Below, piece by piece: positions 19,181 to 28,586 of a stretch of DNA of 44,838 nt. Position 1 is the first letter of the stretch. Each line of letters starts with the position of its first letter. Under the pieces are notes generated by a model. The model was not told the DNA's origin and searched no databases. It was given only the letters and a program-made list of their open reading frames with translations. Made by a program: the position numbers and the translations under genes. The DNA is from Armatimonadota bacterium (GTDB lineage: Bacteria; Armatimonadota; UBA5829; DTLH01): positions 1 through 44,838 of the forward strand of contig JBDKUN010000034.1 of the NCBI GenBank assembly GCA_039679675.1. Direction: 5' to 3'.

Positions 19181-19349
19181 TTATAATTATAAGTATGATT
19201 GGTTGCACAGACAAGGGCAAAAAGCTGTCTGTATCCTTAAGTTAATGGTACGTTAGCGCGATAGTATATGGATAAAAACAGTTATAGCTAGCAACTTTTA
19301 AACACTGACTGGAACAGGTGTCATATATTCAGGAGATTATCATCATTTT

Positions 19350-20048
19350 ATGGTAATATATGCAATCGCAGACCTGCATTTGTCATTGGCTGATCCGAAG
19401 CCGATGGATATATTCGGGCCACATTGGAAGGACCATCCCATGAAAATCGCCCATAATTGGGATGAAGCTGTCACCTCTGACGATCTGGTCCTTGTCGCTG
19501 GTGATACATCATGGGCCCTGAAATTGCCCGATGCGATGCCGGATTTGGAGTATCTTGCAGCCCGCCCGGGCAGAAAGATACTTATCAGGGGCAATCACGA
19601 CTACTGGTGGGGCAGGCAGGCCACAAATAAAATACAGCGGATGATCGACCCGAGCATAACCCTTCTTCAGGGATCTAGCTACGTCGCGGACGGAGTCGGG
19701 ATAGCAGGTACGCGGGGGTGGCGGCTTGAGGACTGCAACCTGGAAGGCACAGCGGAAGGCGACAGAAAAATATTCGATCGTGAACTGGCATACCTCCGCC
19801 GGGGGCTGGAGTCCATACCTGAAGGTGTCTCGACGAAGATAGCTATGCTTCATTACCCGCCGTTCGATCTGGGGTTGAAGCCAAATGAGTTCAGTTCTCT
19901 GCTTCAGGAATACCGAGTCGATATTCTGGTCTACGGACATATCCACCGAGGTACCGGTTCCTACCTGCGCGGGAATATTGGAGGTGTACATTACTACCTT
20001 ACTTCGGTAGATTACGCGGATTTCAAGCCGGTGAAAGTGTGGGGCTAA
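19350..20048 (+). CDS. Calcineurin-like metallophosphoesterase
   Basis: ADLHL, AGDTSW, RGNHDYW, MLHYPP, YGHIH motifs. Confidence 0.92.
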   Translation: MVIYAIADLHLSLADPKPMDIFGPHWKDHPMKIAHNWDEAVTSDDLVLVAGDTSWALKLPDAMPDLEYLAARPGRKILIRGNHDYWWGRQATNKIQRMIDPSITLLQGSSYVADGVGIAGTRGWRLEDCNLEGTAEGDRKIFDRELAYLRRGLESIPEGVSTKIAMLHYPPFDLGLKPNEFSSLLQEYRVDILVYGHIHRGTGSYLRGNIGGVHYYLTSVDYADFKPVKVWG

Positions 20049-21319
20049 AGCTTTGTCTTGATTAGAAGCACGGCAGCATCGTCGCGCAGATCGCCAGATG
20101 CTACTTTAGATGCAGCATCGAATACGGCGTCGGCTATATCCCGTTCATTTTTGTCGGCGTTTTCGATGAGGGTTCTGGAGACGCCTTCGATCCCGAAGAA
20201 ATGACCGTTATTCCTGGCGTCGGTGATGCCATCTGTATAAATGAGCAGTATATCCCCCGGTTCAAGCCTCAGATACCCCGTGTCGTAGCCGCTCTGGCGG
20301 ATGATACCGACGGCGCGGCCTGTAACATCCAGCGCAATAACGCTATTCGAGCTGCGCCGGTAGAGAACCGGTTCGTCGTGTCCGGCATTACTGTAGACCA
20401 GAGTGCGTTTTATGGGGTCCAATACCCCGTAGAATATCGTTACAAACAGGTTTTCGGGTGTATACGTACACATCGCCTGGTTGAGCCGCTCGATTACATA
20501 GCATGGATCGGGGTCTTCGTGGGCATAAGCCCGGAGCATATTCTTTGCAGTGGACATATGGACCGCCGCGCGGAGGCCCTTTCCGGATACATCACCCACA
20601 ACTATAGCCAGCTTGCCATCGGTAAGGTCGAACACATCATAGAAATCCCCGCCGATCTCAGCTTCTTTCAGTGCAGGCAGGTATTTGCCGTCTATCGACA
20701 GGCTAGGTAGGTCGCGGGCGACATCTGTTATCAGGGCGCGCTGGAAAGTGTCAGCTATCAGATGTTCTCTTTCGTACGCGGTCTCCAGAGCCTGCACCTC
20801 CTGCCGGACGCACATTTTGCTCGATTGCGCGATAACATTTCGAAGGAAAAGCCCGATCAGCGAAGTAGCTATTGCAAGCACATTGACGTTATCCTGTGAA
20901 TATGTGCTTCCATTTTTGCTTCCGATATGCAGGACCCCCATAATCTTATCGTCCCCCAGGACAGGCAGAGTTATGGAACCGCATGGCTTTGACCCAATCG
21001 AGGCAATAGGGTTTGGCGGATAGGGAGCATCGGCCAAAACAGCATGATGAGCCATAAGTTTTTGCATAAGGTCTGAATCTTCGGAGGATTGAGGTGAAAT
21101 GACGGTTTTCCATTCGCCCATAAACACGGCCAGGGCAGCGAGATCAGAGGAAAGTATCTCGCGAAGCATCAACAGGACATTTTGCAGCCGTGTTTCCCAC
21201 TCGGCGTCTAATGCCAGCTCATGGGCCACATCTGCAAGCCTTCCTGTGATGGATGGACTCTTGTCATGCCGGTTCATGGGCATATTCTCACGGTGCCTCC
21301 GTAAGTATTTATGACTCAT
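20045..21319 (-). CDS. GAF-like sensor + SpoIIE/RsbU PP2C-type phosphatase
   Basis: IGGDFYD, GDVSGKG, NAGH, YTDGITD, DDAAVL; start codon uncertain. Confidence 0.9.
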   Translation of the reverse strand: MSHKYLRRHRENMPMNRHDKSPSITGRLADVAHELALDAEWETRLQNVLLMLREILSSDLAALAVFMGEWKTVISPQSSEDSDLMQKLMAHHAVLADAPYPPNPIASIGSKPCGSITLPVLGDDKIMGVLHIGSKNGSTYSQDNVNVLAIATSLIGLFLRNVIAQSSKMCVRQEVQALETAYEREHLIADTFQRALITDVARDLPSLSIDGKYLPALKEAEIGGDFYDVFDLTDGKLAIVVGDVSGKGLRAAVHMSTAKNMLRAYAHEDPDPCYVIERLNQAMCTYTPENLFVTIFYGVLDPIKRTLVYSNAGHDEPVLYRRSSNSVIALDVTGRAVGIIRQSGYDTGYLRLEPGDILLIYTDGITDARNNGHFFGIEGVSRTLIENADKNERDIADAVFDAASKVASGDLRDDAAVLLIKTKL

Positions 21320-21473
21320 TCCTTGAGTATTTGGCAGAAATGATATTCACGGGATATTTCTATAACATTGGGTTGATTATACAACCTATTGCAAACTAAG
21401 GCAAGCCCGTAATAAGATTAATTTAAGTTTATGGGCTTTTTCTTATTTCGAAGCTCTGCTATAATGCTTCAGG

Positions 21474-22469
21474 ATGAACGACTTAACAAACATAGACAAA
21501 ACAAGCGTAATTGCGCGGGCTCGTGAAGTTCTTGAAATCGAGTCAGCAGCGGTCGCTGGGTTAGTGGGTCGGTTGGGAGACGACTTCGTCCATGCCGTAG
21601 AATTGATTATGAACTGCAAAGGGCGGCTTGTAATCACGGGTATGGGCAAATCCGGCGCGATAGGCCGCAAGCTGGCCGGGACTTTCTCGAGTACCGGCAC
21701 ACCGGCGCTATTTTTACACCCTGCGGAAGGTGTACACGGTGATCTCGGAGTCTTGACCGGGGACGATGTGCTCCTTGCGCTCTCTCACAGCGGCGAATCC
21801 GATGAATTGGTCAGTATACTGCCTGTAGTTGCCCGAATAGGCTCCAAAATCATAGCTATAGTCGGAAATACTGAATCCACGCTTGCCAGATACTCGCAGG
21901 CTATTCTCGATGTCACAGTCGAGCGGGAAGCATGTGTATATAATCTTGCTCCGACAGCCAGCACGACGGCACAGCTTGCGCTCGGAGACGCGCTCGCTCT
22001 TTCAGTTATGATGGTCCGTAAGTTTACTAAAGACGACTTTGCGCGGATACACCCAGCCGGGGCACTCGGAAGAAGACTTCTTCTCAGAGTATCGGATGTT
22101 ATGAGGGTAGGGGACGCTGTGGCAGTCGTACCGGAGGATATGCTGCTCAGGGACGTATTGTTCAGCATTACCAAAGCCCATGCGGGCGCAGCCTGCGTTG
22201 ATGATGCCGGCGGGAAACTGTGCGGGTTCGTGACGGACGGCGACATAAGGCGCGCTCTCCTGAAAGACGAAGCTTCTCTTCACCAGGAAGTTTCCTCTAT
22301 TATGAACAGAACGCCCACTACTATCCACCCGGACAAGCTGGCAGCCGAAGGTCTGAAACTGATGGACAGCCGCGAGAAGCAGATCGGCGAGATTCCGGTT
22401 TTGGACGAGTCCGGCAAGCCCGTAGGCATACTTATGCTGAAAGACCTGCTGCAGGCGGGAATACTCTAA
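21474..22469 (+). CDS. kdsD: Arabinose-5-phosphate isomerase (KpsF/GutQ, SIS + 2 CBS)
   Basis: GMGKSG, STGTPALFLHPAEGVHGDLG, APTASTT, HPAGALG, TDGDIRR. Confidence 0.95.
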   Translation: MNDLTNIDKTSVIARAREVLEIESAAVAGLVGRLGDDFVHAVELIMNCKGRLVITGMGKSGAIGRKLAGTFSSTGTPALFLHPAEGVHGDLGVLTGDDVLLALSHSGESDELVSILPVVARIGSKIIAIVGNTESTLARYSQAILDVTVEREACVYNLAPTASTTAQLALGDALALSVMMVRKFTKDDFARIHPAGALGRRLLLRVSDVMRVGDAVAVVPEDMLLRDVLFSITKAHAGAACVDDAGGKLCGFVTDGDIRRALLKDEASLHQEVSSIMNRTPTTIHPDKLAAEGLKLMDSREKQIGEIPVLDESGKPVGILMLKDLLQAGIL

Positions 22470-22473
22470 AGCG

Positions 22474-23034
22474 ATGCTTGAAAAACTGAACCGGATAAAG
22501 CTGCTCGCAATGGATGTCGACGGCGTATTGACTGACGGATCGATGGTTTACGGATCGGAAAGTGAGATAAAGCTTTTCAACGTGATGGACGGCCTTGGCA
22601 TCCGCCTGGCGATAGCCGCAGGGCTTGAGATAGCCTGGATTACCGGAAACGTCTCTGCGCCGGTCACAGCGCGCGCGAAATCGCTTATGGTGGCCGAACT
22701 CTACCAGGGACAGAGATACAAATCGGTTGCATTGAAAGAAATTGCCGGGCGAAAAGGACTGTTGCTGGATGAGGTAGCCTATATCGGCGACGATCTGAAC
22801 GATCTTCCCGCAATAGAGGCGGCAGGAGCGGCGTTTGCCGTGGCAAATGCCGCGTCAGAGGTGAAGACTTCGGCTGACTTTATAACGGAGAGGTCCGGCG
22901 GGCATGGTGCCGTCCGTGAGGTCATTGAGATGATCCTGAAACAACAGGGGAGATGGGATGACGGCGTCCAGAAGCTCCTTGAGCTTCTTCGAGCCGAGCA
23001 GGAAAGAGGCGAAGCTCCCGGAGCGGTCACTTAA
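22474..23034 (+). CDS. kdsC: KDO-8-phosphate phosphatase (HAD family)
   Basis: DVDGVLTDG, FNVMDGLGI, YIGDDLND, GGHGAVRE. Confidence 0.93.
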   Translation: MLEKLNRIKLLAMDVDGVLTDGSMVYGSESEIKLFNVMDGLGIRLAIAAGLEIAWITGNVSAPVTARAKSLMVAELYQGQRYKSVALKEIAGRKGLLLDEVAYIGDDLNDLPAIEAAGAAFAVANAASEVKTSADFITERSGGHGAVREVIEMILKQQGRWDDGVQKLLELLRAEQERGEAPGAVT

Positions 23035-23037
23035 ACA

Positions 23038-23757
23038 TTGCAGAAGATAACGATCTTTCATACGAATGATTTCCATAACCGGCTTACTAGAGAGCAGGCT
23101 GCCAGACTGAAAGAAATGAAGGATTCAGTCCCGAACAGCCTGCTTTTCGACTGCGGCGATGCCATCTGGGCGGGAAATATCTACTTTCGGCCAGACGGTG
23201 AGCCGATTCTGAAACTCATGAACGATGCCGGTTACGATGCTATGGCGCTCGGCAACAGGGAATTCCACTTTCTCGCAACAGGCTTAAGAAAAAAGATCGG
23301 TTGGGCTGACTTTCCTGTGCTTTCAGCCAACATCCGTCCCACCAATCATACCGATCTCCCCGTAAAAAGCGACGTGACTTTCGACATCGGCGGCGTAAAA
23401 GTAGTCGCCTTCGGGCTCACCGTGCCGATGATCACCGAGCGGATGCTATCAAGAAAAGTTTCCAGCTACGTTTTCGATGATCCTATCGAGGTGGCAGCGA
23501 AACTTGTCCCCGAACTGAAAAAACGCGCAGACATAATTATCGCGCTGACCCATATCGGGTTGAAAAAAGACAAAGAGCTGGCTGGAGCAATGCCGGGGAT
23601 CGATCTCATAATCGGCGGGCACACGCATACTGTGCTGGAATCACCGGAATGGGTGGGCAAAACGGCGATTGTGCAGGCGGGATGGTTTGCTCACTATGTA
23701 GGAAAAATCGAAATAGCTGCTTCGGGGGAGATCAGCGCTGTATTGATGAAGTTTTGA
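23038..23757 (+). CDS. 5'-nucleotidase-type metallophosphoesterase, catalytic domain only
   Basis: FHTNDFH, DCGDA, LGNREF, LSANI, LTHIG, GGHTH; TTG start. Confidence 0.85.
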   Translation: MQKITIFHTNDFHNRLTREQAARLKEMKDSVPNSLLFDCGDAIWAGNIYFRPDGEPILKLMNDAGYDAMALGNREFHFLATGLRKKIGWADFPVLSANIRPTNHTDLPVKSDVTFDIGGVKVVAFGLTVPMITERMLSRKVSSYVFDDPIEVAAKLVPELKKRADIIIALTHIGLKKDKELAGAMPGIDLIIGGHTHTVLESPEWVGKTAIVQAGWFAHYVGKIEIAASGEISAVLMKF

Positions 23758-23803
23758 TAATCGATCGTGATTCTTCTCTCACCCCGACACTCTCCCGCGT
23801 GTG

Positions 23804-24547
23804 CTACACGTGCTTCAGCATGAAATCCACGACCGGTGCCGGGTCTTCCAGGCTGTGCGGATGGTGGCCGCAGCCTGGTTTGGTGATGACCTCGATTGTT
23901 CCGCCCAGTTTCTTGTAGCGATCCTCGATAACCATTGTGTTCTCTTCCATCGGCACTACCGCGTCCGCATCACCGCAGACGTGGATCAGGGGGATGTTGG
24001 CTTTGGCGAGAGGCTCAAGGTTGTCTATCGGATTGAGCTTATAATCCAGGGCTTCCTGCTCGGTGAGGCAATACACGGCCTTGCAGCGCTCCCAGTCTTC
24101 GGGTGAACCGTCGCCGACACCCTTGCCGCCAGGCCAGCTCTTGAAGTCGCAGACGGGGGCGTCGGCGTAGATGCAGGCGACTTTGCCAGTATTGCGCGCT
24201 GCCCAGTTGTATGCAAACAGGCCACCACGACTGAACCCTTCCAGCACCGGTTTCGGCGAGAGACCGCGTTCTCTGGTGAGATAAGCATAGAAGGCGTCCA
24301 TGTGTTTCATCGCCAGGGGACCGCCGTATTGATTCTCCATATTCATGTAGGCCACGTGGAAGCCTCTACCCAGCAAGGCGATATCCACCGCCGGCCATGC
24401 GTCGAAAAATTCCGTTCGCCATATCCACGGGTTGTTGGATGCCGCAGTTTTCGGCAGGACCAGCAGGGATGGACGGTTCTCCACTTCAAAATCCAAGCGT
24501 TCGTATCCGTTCCAAATTGAGCTCTGCATTCTCTTTTTCCGCTCCAT
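23804..24547 (-). CDS. Alpha/beta-hydrolase (esterase-like)
   Basis: GFSRGG nucleophile elbow, GDADAVVP, GHHPHSL. Confidence 0.85.
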   Translation of the reverse strand: MERKKRMQSSIWNGYERLDFEVENRPSLLVLPKTAASNNPWIWRTEFFDAWPAVDIALLGRGFHVAYMNMENQYGGPLAMKHMDAFYAYLTRERGLSPKPVLEGFSRGGLFAYNWAARNTGKVACIYADAPVCDFKSWPGGKGVGDGSPEDWERCKAVYCLTEQEALDYKLNPIDNLEPLAKANIPLIHVCGDADAVVPMEENTMVIEDRYKKLGGTIEVITKPGCGHHPHSLEDPAPVVDFMLKHV

Positions 24548-24550
24548 TTA

Positions 24551-24608
24551 AAGATTTTCGGCTGATTGATTAACGGCCAGTCATATATTGTCTGTTGCCG
24601 AAAATCTT
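24551..24608. repeat. 58-bp hairpin element, copy A
   Basis: Perfect 12-bp terminal inverted repeat AAGATTTTCGGC/GCCGAAAATCTT; 51/58 identical to 28283-28340 by manual alignment. Confidence 0.85.
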
Positions 24609-24852
24609 CCGGAAGAGTTTCAGGTATAAGTGTAAAATCAACAGATAAAGCTACATCAGAGAACTGTTTATATGACTGTAGGGCTACTACTTTATCTCCT
24701 GAAACTCTATAGTAGTATGCCTGATTGTTGTACCCGAGTACGGGTAAGTACAAGTAAAGGGCTTTTGAATCGCGGCAGGCCGTAGGGCGCGGAACGTCGA
24801 TACAGTTGAGGCTTCCGCGGTTCAGAAGCTGGCGGCTGAAAACTGACAGCTA

Positions 24853-25641
24853 TCAGCTAGTTCTTTTCGCCCTATTCCAAACTTCGTCCATTTCATTTAT
24901 CGTAAGATCGCCTATGGACTTTCCTTCTGCGCGGGCATGGTCCTCTATTGCCGAAAATCTGGTCTGGAATCTCTGAAGCATCTCTCTCAACGATTCCTCG
25001 GGGTCGATTTTGGCCCATCTGGCGATGTTTACGATGGTGAAGAGAGTATCCCCGATCTCGCCTTTGACTTTTTCTTTGTCACCGGATGCGATTGCATCCT
25101 CAAGCTCGGCAGTTTCCTCATGGAGTTTGTCCAGCACACCCTCCATATCCGGCCATTCGAAGCCTGTTCTGGCGGCACGCTTGGATATTTCCGTGGCGCG
25201 CATAAGTGCAGGCAGGCTTCCGGGGACTCCACCTATCGCGGAAGTGATTTCTTCTCTGCCTGGCTCCCTGGACTTGATCTCTTCCCAGTTGTGGAGCACA
25301 TCATCGACTCCTGCGACCTCGACTTCACCGAAAACATGCGGATGACGCCTAATCAGCTTCTTTCTAATCTTCTCGCAGACATCTGCTACGCCATATTCGC
25401 CGCGTTCGGAAGCTATCTGCGAATGAAGCAGCACCTGAAGCAATACATCTCCGAGTTCTTCCTCGATTTTCGCGGGAGAGTCTTTGTCGATTGCATCGAT
25501 AACTTCATAGGACTCTTCGATGAGGTACTTTCTGAGGCTTTTATGGTCCTGCTCTTTGTCCCAGGGGCAGCCCGAAGGCCCTCGGAGGGCAGCTACAACA
25601 TCCACAAGCTTTCTAAACTCTTCTGCAACTCGGTCAGGCAT
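24853..25641 (-). CDS. mazG: Nucleoside triphosphate pyrophosphohydrolase MazG
   Basis: LRGPSGCPWDKEQ, EESYEV, EELGDVL, KLIRRHPHVFG, EIGD. Confidence 0.95.
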   Translation of the reverse strand: MPDRVAEEFRKLVDVVAALRGPSGCPWDKEQDHKSLRKYLIEESYEVIDAIDKDSPAKIEEELGDVLLQVLLHSQIASERGEYGVADVCEKIRKKLIRRHPHVFGEVEVAGVDDVLHNWEEIKSREPGREEITSAIGGVPGSLPALMRATEISKRAARTGFEWPDMEGVLDKLHEETAELEDAIASGDKEKVKGEIGDTLFTIVNIARWAKIDPEESLREMLQRFQTRFSAIEDHARAEGKSIGDLTINEMDEVWNRAKRTS

Positions 25642-26318
25642 TATTCCGTCGCTTTCTTTTTCAGTTCAGGCACAAATATGCTTGTCAGGTGGTCGTATTC
25701 ACGGCGATCCAGCTCGTAGAGCGGCAGTTTTACCACTTGAGCATCGTCCCCGCCCGCACCGGAGATCACGTACACCTCGAACTCGTCCGGGTAGATCTCC
25801 ATAAGCGCGAGTTTTACCGACGAAGCGACCATTCGGTCGTAAACCTGGTGGATAAGGTTAGGGCAGTCAATGGAAGGGAGAACCTCATCCAATGCAAGCG
25901 CATCAATGATTTTGAGTCCCCTGCCGATAGGCATAGCAAGGGTTTCGAGGCATGCATCGATAAAGCTGGCAGAACCGATCAGCTCTACCGGAATGTTTTT
26001 TCGATGAGCTGTATCGAGAATAAGCGCTACAGACCGTTCAGCGACCAGTGGATGACCCGGAACGGCGTATACGATGTCCCCGGTCTGCGACTCTTCGATC
26101 ACACGTGTCGCGATAGTGCTGTAAACTTCATCGAAGTCGGAAGCGGTCTCATAAATATGATCGAAGGTCTCGAACCGCGCGCCGCGCTCTTGAAGATCGA
26201 GCACTGCTGGATGCCTGCCGGTCCTCATATACACTTTTGACGCTGATTCCAACGCCCAAAGAGCTGAAGCCGACATACCTCCTATGCCTGCGGGTCCGAG
26301 ACCTACTATCGTTAACAA
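25641..26318 (-). CDS. Tetrapyrrole-methylase-like protein (YabN N-terminal domain) as a separate gene
   Basis: IVGLGPA, RTGRHP, YAVPGHPLVAE, QVYDRMVASSVKLALME.YPD, LYELDR...HLTS. Confidence 0.88.
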   Translation of the reverse strand: MLTIVGLGPAGIGGMSASALWALESASKVYMRTGRHPAVLDLQERGARFETFDHIYETASDFDEVYSTIATRVIEESQTGDIVYAVPGHPLVAERSVALILDTAHRKNIPVELIGSASFIDACLETLAMPIGRGLKIIDALALDEVLPSIDCPNLIHQVYDRMVASSVKLALMEIYPDEFEVYVISGAGGDDAQVVKLPLYELDRREYDHLTSIFVPELKKKATE

Positions 26319-26336
26319 TTTCTTTTACTTAGCCTG

Positions 26337-27269
26337 CTACTTTTTCTTCTGTATCTTGGCAAGCTGCTTGTATCGCTCAGGGTTGACAATTATTGTAGAA
26401 GAATCTCTCTTCTGTTGTATCAGTTCCTGAAGGTTGGTATTGGTCTGGCCTTTCGCCAGTGCTATATCCTCACGAACCTGATCCTTGACTTCATTAAGCG
26501 TGCGCACAACCTTCGGCTGGTGGTCGGTCGCTTTGACAATTACCCACTGAGGAGCCTGTCCCTTGGGGGCAACCTGGAATGGTTTGCTTACATCACCGAC
26601 TTTGAGCTTGAACGCTACATCTATCAGGTTTGCCGGGACACCCTGCTGTCCTTTCCAGACTCGCCCAAGCTTTCCTTGTGTCTGTTTGCTCAGTTTGTCC
26701 TCAGACAACCTCATCGCAACGGTACCGAAGTCGACACCCTGCTTGATCTGTGTATCCGCTTTATCGATGTTGGCTTTCTTTCCGCAAATCACGGCGGAAA
26801 TATCTACTGTCTCAGGTTTTGTGTAAAGAAGATCCTTGACCTGATTGTAGCGGTCACTGACTTCTTTATCGGAAACCTTAACGCCCTTGGTAACTATATT
26901 AATCATAGCCTGCCGAGGGTAGATTTCCTTCTTGAACTCGTCTATGGTAAGGCCTCTTTGCTCAAGTAGCTGGTTCAGGCTGCCGTCTTTTTTCAGATAT
27001 TCGATCTTTGCATTTATCTGGGCATCCGTCGGAAGTACACCCTTTTCCTTAGCTATCTGATCGACTAACTTTTCCGTGATCATCTGATCCATAACAAGGA
27101 GACCTGCGGGCCTGCCTTGAACGGACGAGAGTTCCAACCGTTTATAGAACTCATCCTTGGAAATTTTCTCGCCGTTTACATTTACAAATGAGCCCTTGCC
27201 ACAGCCGGATAAAACAAACGCGACCAAAAGACCAGCGACTACGAGTAATCCTAACCTTCTATCAATCAT
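26337..27269 (-). CDS. PrsA/SurA-like parvulin peptidyl-prolyl isomerase, lipoprotein
   Basis: Lipobox LSGC, VNGEKISKDEF, F..VAMRLSED...GKLG, AFKLKVGDVSKP. Confidence 0.85.
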   Translation of the reverse strand: MIDRRLGLLVVAGLLVAFVLSGCGKGSFVNVNGEKISKDEFYKRLELSSVQGRPAGLLVMDQMITEKLVDQIAKEKGVLPTDAQINAKIEYLKKDGSLNQLLEQRGLTIDEFKKEIYPRQAMINIVTKGVKVSDKEVSDRYNQVKDLLYTKPETVDISAVICGKKANIDKADTQIKQGVDFGTVAMRLSEDKLSKQTQGKLGRVWKGQQGVPANLIDVAFKLKVGDVSKPFQVAPKGQAPQWVIVKATDHQPKVVRTLNEVKDQVREDIALAKGQTNTNLQELIQQKRDSSTIIVNPERYKQLAKIQKKK

Positions 27270-27314
27270 ATTGGATAATCTGCTCCTCTCCGGGAAATTA
27301 TAGATTACAGGCGC

Positions 27315-28085
27315 TCAGTGAAATAACGCGACATCGCGTTGCAGATAGCCGCGCATACGAAGCACCGCCTGTGTATGCAACTGGTAAACCCTGGACTCGG
27401 AGACCTCCAGAATCTTACCGATCTCCTTGAACGTCAGTCCTTCATAATAGTAAAGTGTGATAACCAGGTTTTCCCTGGGCGGAAGCCGGTCGATAGCGGT
27501 TCCGAGGACCCGCTTCATTTCTTTTATCTCGACTTCTCCCAGTGTATTGCTGGAATCATCATGGACTACATCGGCAAGGTGGATCTTCTCGTTACCCTCG
27601 CTCGAAAGTACGACATCATCCAGCGATAACAGCGAAGCTCTTCCCGTATCGGCAAGCAGCGTATGGAAATCATCGATCTCCATGCCGAGCACTTCAGCCA
27701 TTTCCTCGTCGTTTGCGGGCCGTCCCAACCTGCTCTCAAGCGCAAGGTAGGTCCGTTCCAACGTCTTTACCCGCTCTCTGATAGACCGGGGAACCCAGTC
27801 CTCTTCCCTGAGCATCTCAAGGATCGCTCCACGGATGAGGGCTATGGCGTAAGTTTCGAACTTCACCTGCCGCGTAGTATCGAACTGATCGATAGCCTTT
27901 ATAAGGCCGATTGCTCCGGCGCTCACCAAGTCTTCTCTATCGACATTAGGCGGCAGGCTGGTAACTACTCTTCCTGCTGTTATCTTTACAAGGTAAGCAT
28001 AACGGGTGATAAGCGCATCTCTCGCTTTTTGGTCGCCCCATTCTTTGAAACGAGACCACGCTTCTGCTAACTGTGCAGAGTCCAT
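27315..28085 (-). CDS. FliA/WhiG-family RNA polymerase sigma factor
   Basis: DLVSAGAIGLIKAI, KFETYA, DWVPRS, LYYYEGLTFKEIG.ILEVSESRVYQLH. Confidence 0.93.
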   Translation of the reverse strand: MDSAQLAEAWSRFKEWGDQKARDALITRYAYLVKITAGRVVTSLPPNVDREDLVSAGAIGLIKAIDQFDTTRQVKFETYAIALIRGAILEMLREEDWVPRSIRERVKTLERTYLALESRLGRPANDEEMAEVLGMEIDDFHTLLADTGRASLLSLDDVVLSSEGNEKIHLADVVHDDSSNTLGEVEIKEMKRVLGTAIDRLPPRENLVITLYYYEGLTFKEIGKILEVSESRVYQLHTQAVLRMRGYLQRDVALFH

Positions 28086-28282
28086 CCAATTTCTCCGTCC
28101 ATTGCTTTGCGGCAGTTGTTGTTGACCAGTAACTCTCGTTATCCACGCTTCTTGTGAAGCGGATAAAGCTTGCTAGTAACCTTTTTCCACAAATCAACGC
28201 CGTACTGCCCGTATATTTACCTATAAAGTTTTTGACAACCAATGTAACGGATAAGCAATATAATTCCAGTCAAAATTCTTTA

Positions 28283-28340
28283 TAGATTTTCAGCTGATTA
28301 GTTAACGGACAATCATATATTGTCTGTTGCCGAAAATCCT
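28283..28340. repeat. 58-bp hairpin element, copy B
   Basis: TAGATTTTCAGCTGATTAGTTAACGGACAATCATATATTGTCTGTTGCCGAAAATCCT; same orientation as copy A. Confidence 0.85.
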
Positions 28341-28362
28341 CTGTAGGCAGTTACTTGAGCAC

Positions 28363-28391
28363 ATGTTATAGGACGAGCACTCAGTTGTCAA
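28363..28391 (-). promoter_or_regulatory. Sigma70 promoter for the sigma factor-prsA-yabN-mazG operon
   Basis: Minus-strand TTGACA-17 nt-TAACAT. Confidence 0.6.
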
Positions 28392-28586
28392 CCGCGCGCA
28401 TAAACCTGGCGGGCTACCTGTATCCATGTCTTAATACGTAAGCCGGCACCGGAAACATTCCCATCAATACCAATATTTTACGGACGCTTTTGCTGCTCTT
28501 GTAAGATTGCTCAAAGCTTTGGTATTATTATACTAGTGGTAACTGGCCACAGTGTGTTCGACGTTGGGAAGGAACGCTGCGTAGGA

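Noticed and set aside
24343..24753. 136-aa ORF as an intact gene
   Set aside because: Overlaps the esterase out of frame and passes through the 58-bp hairpin; at most a remnant.
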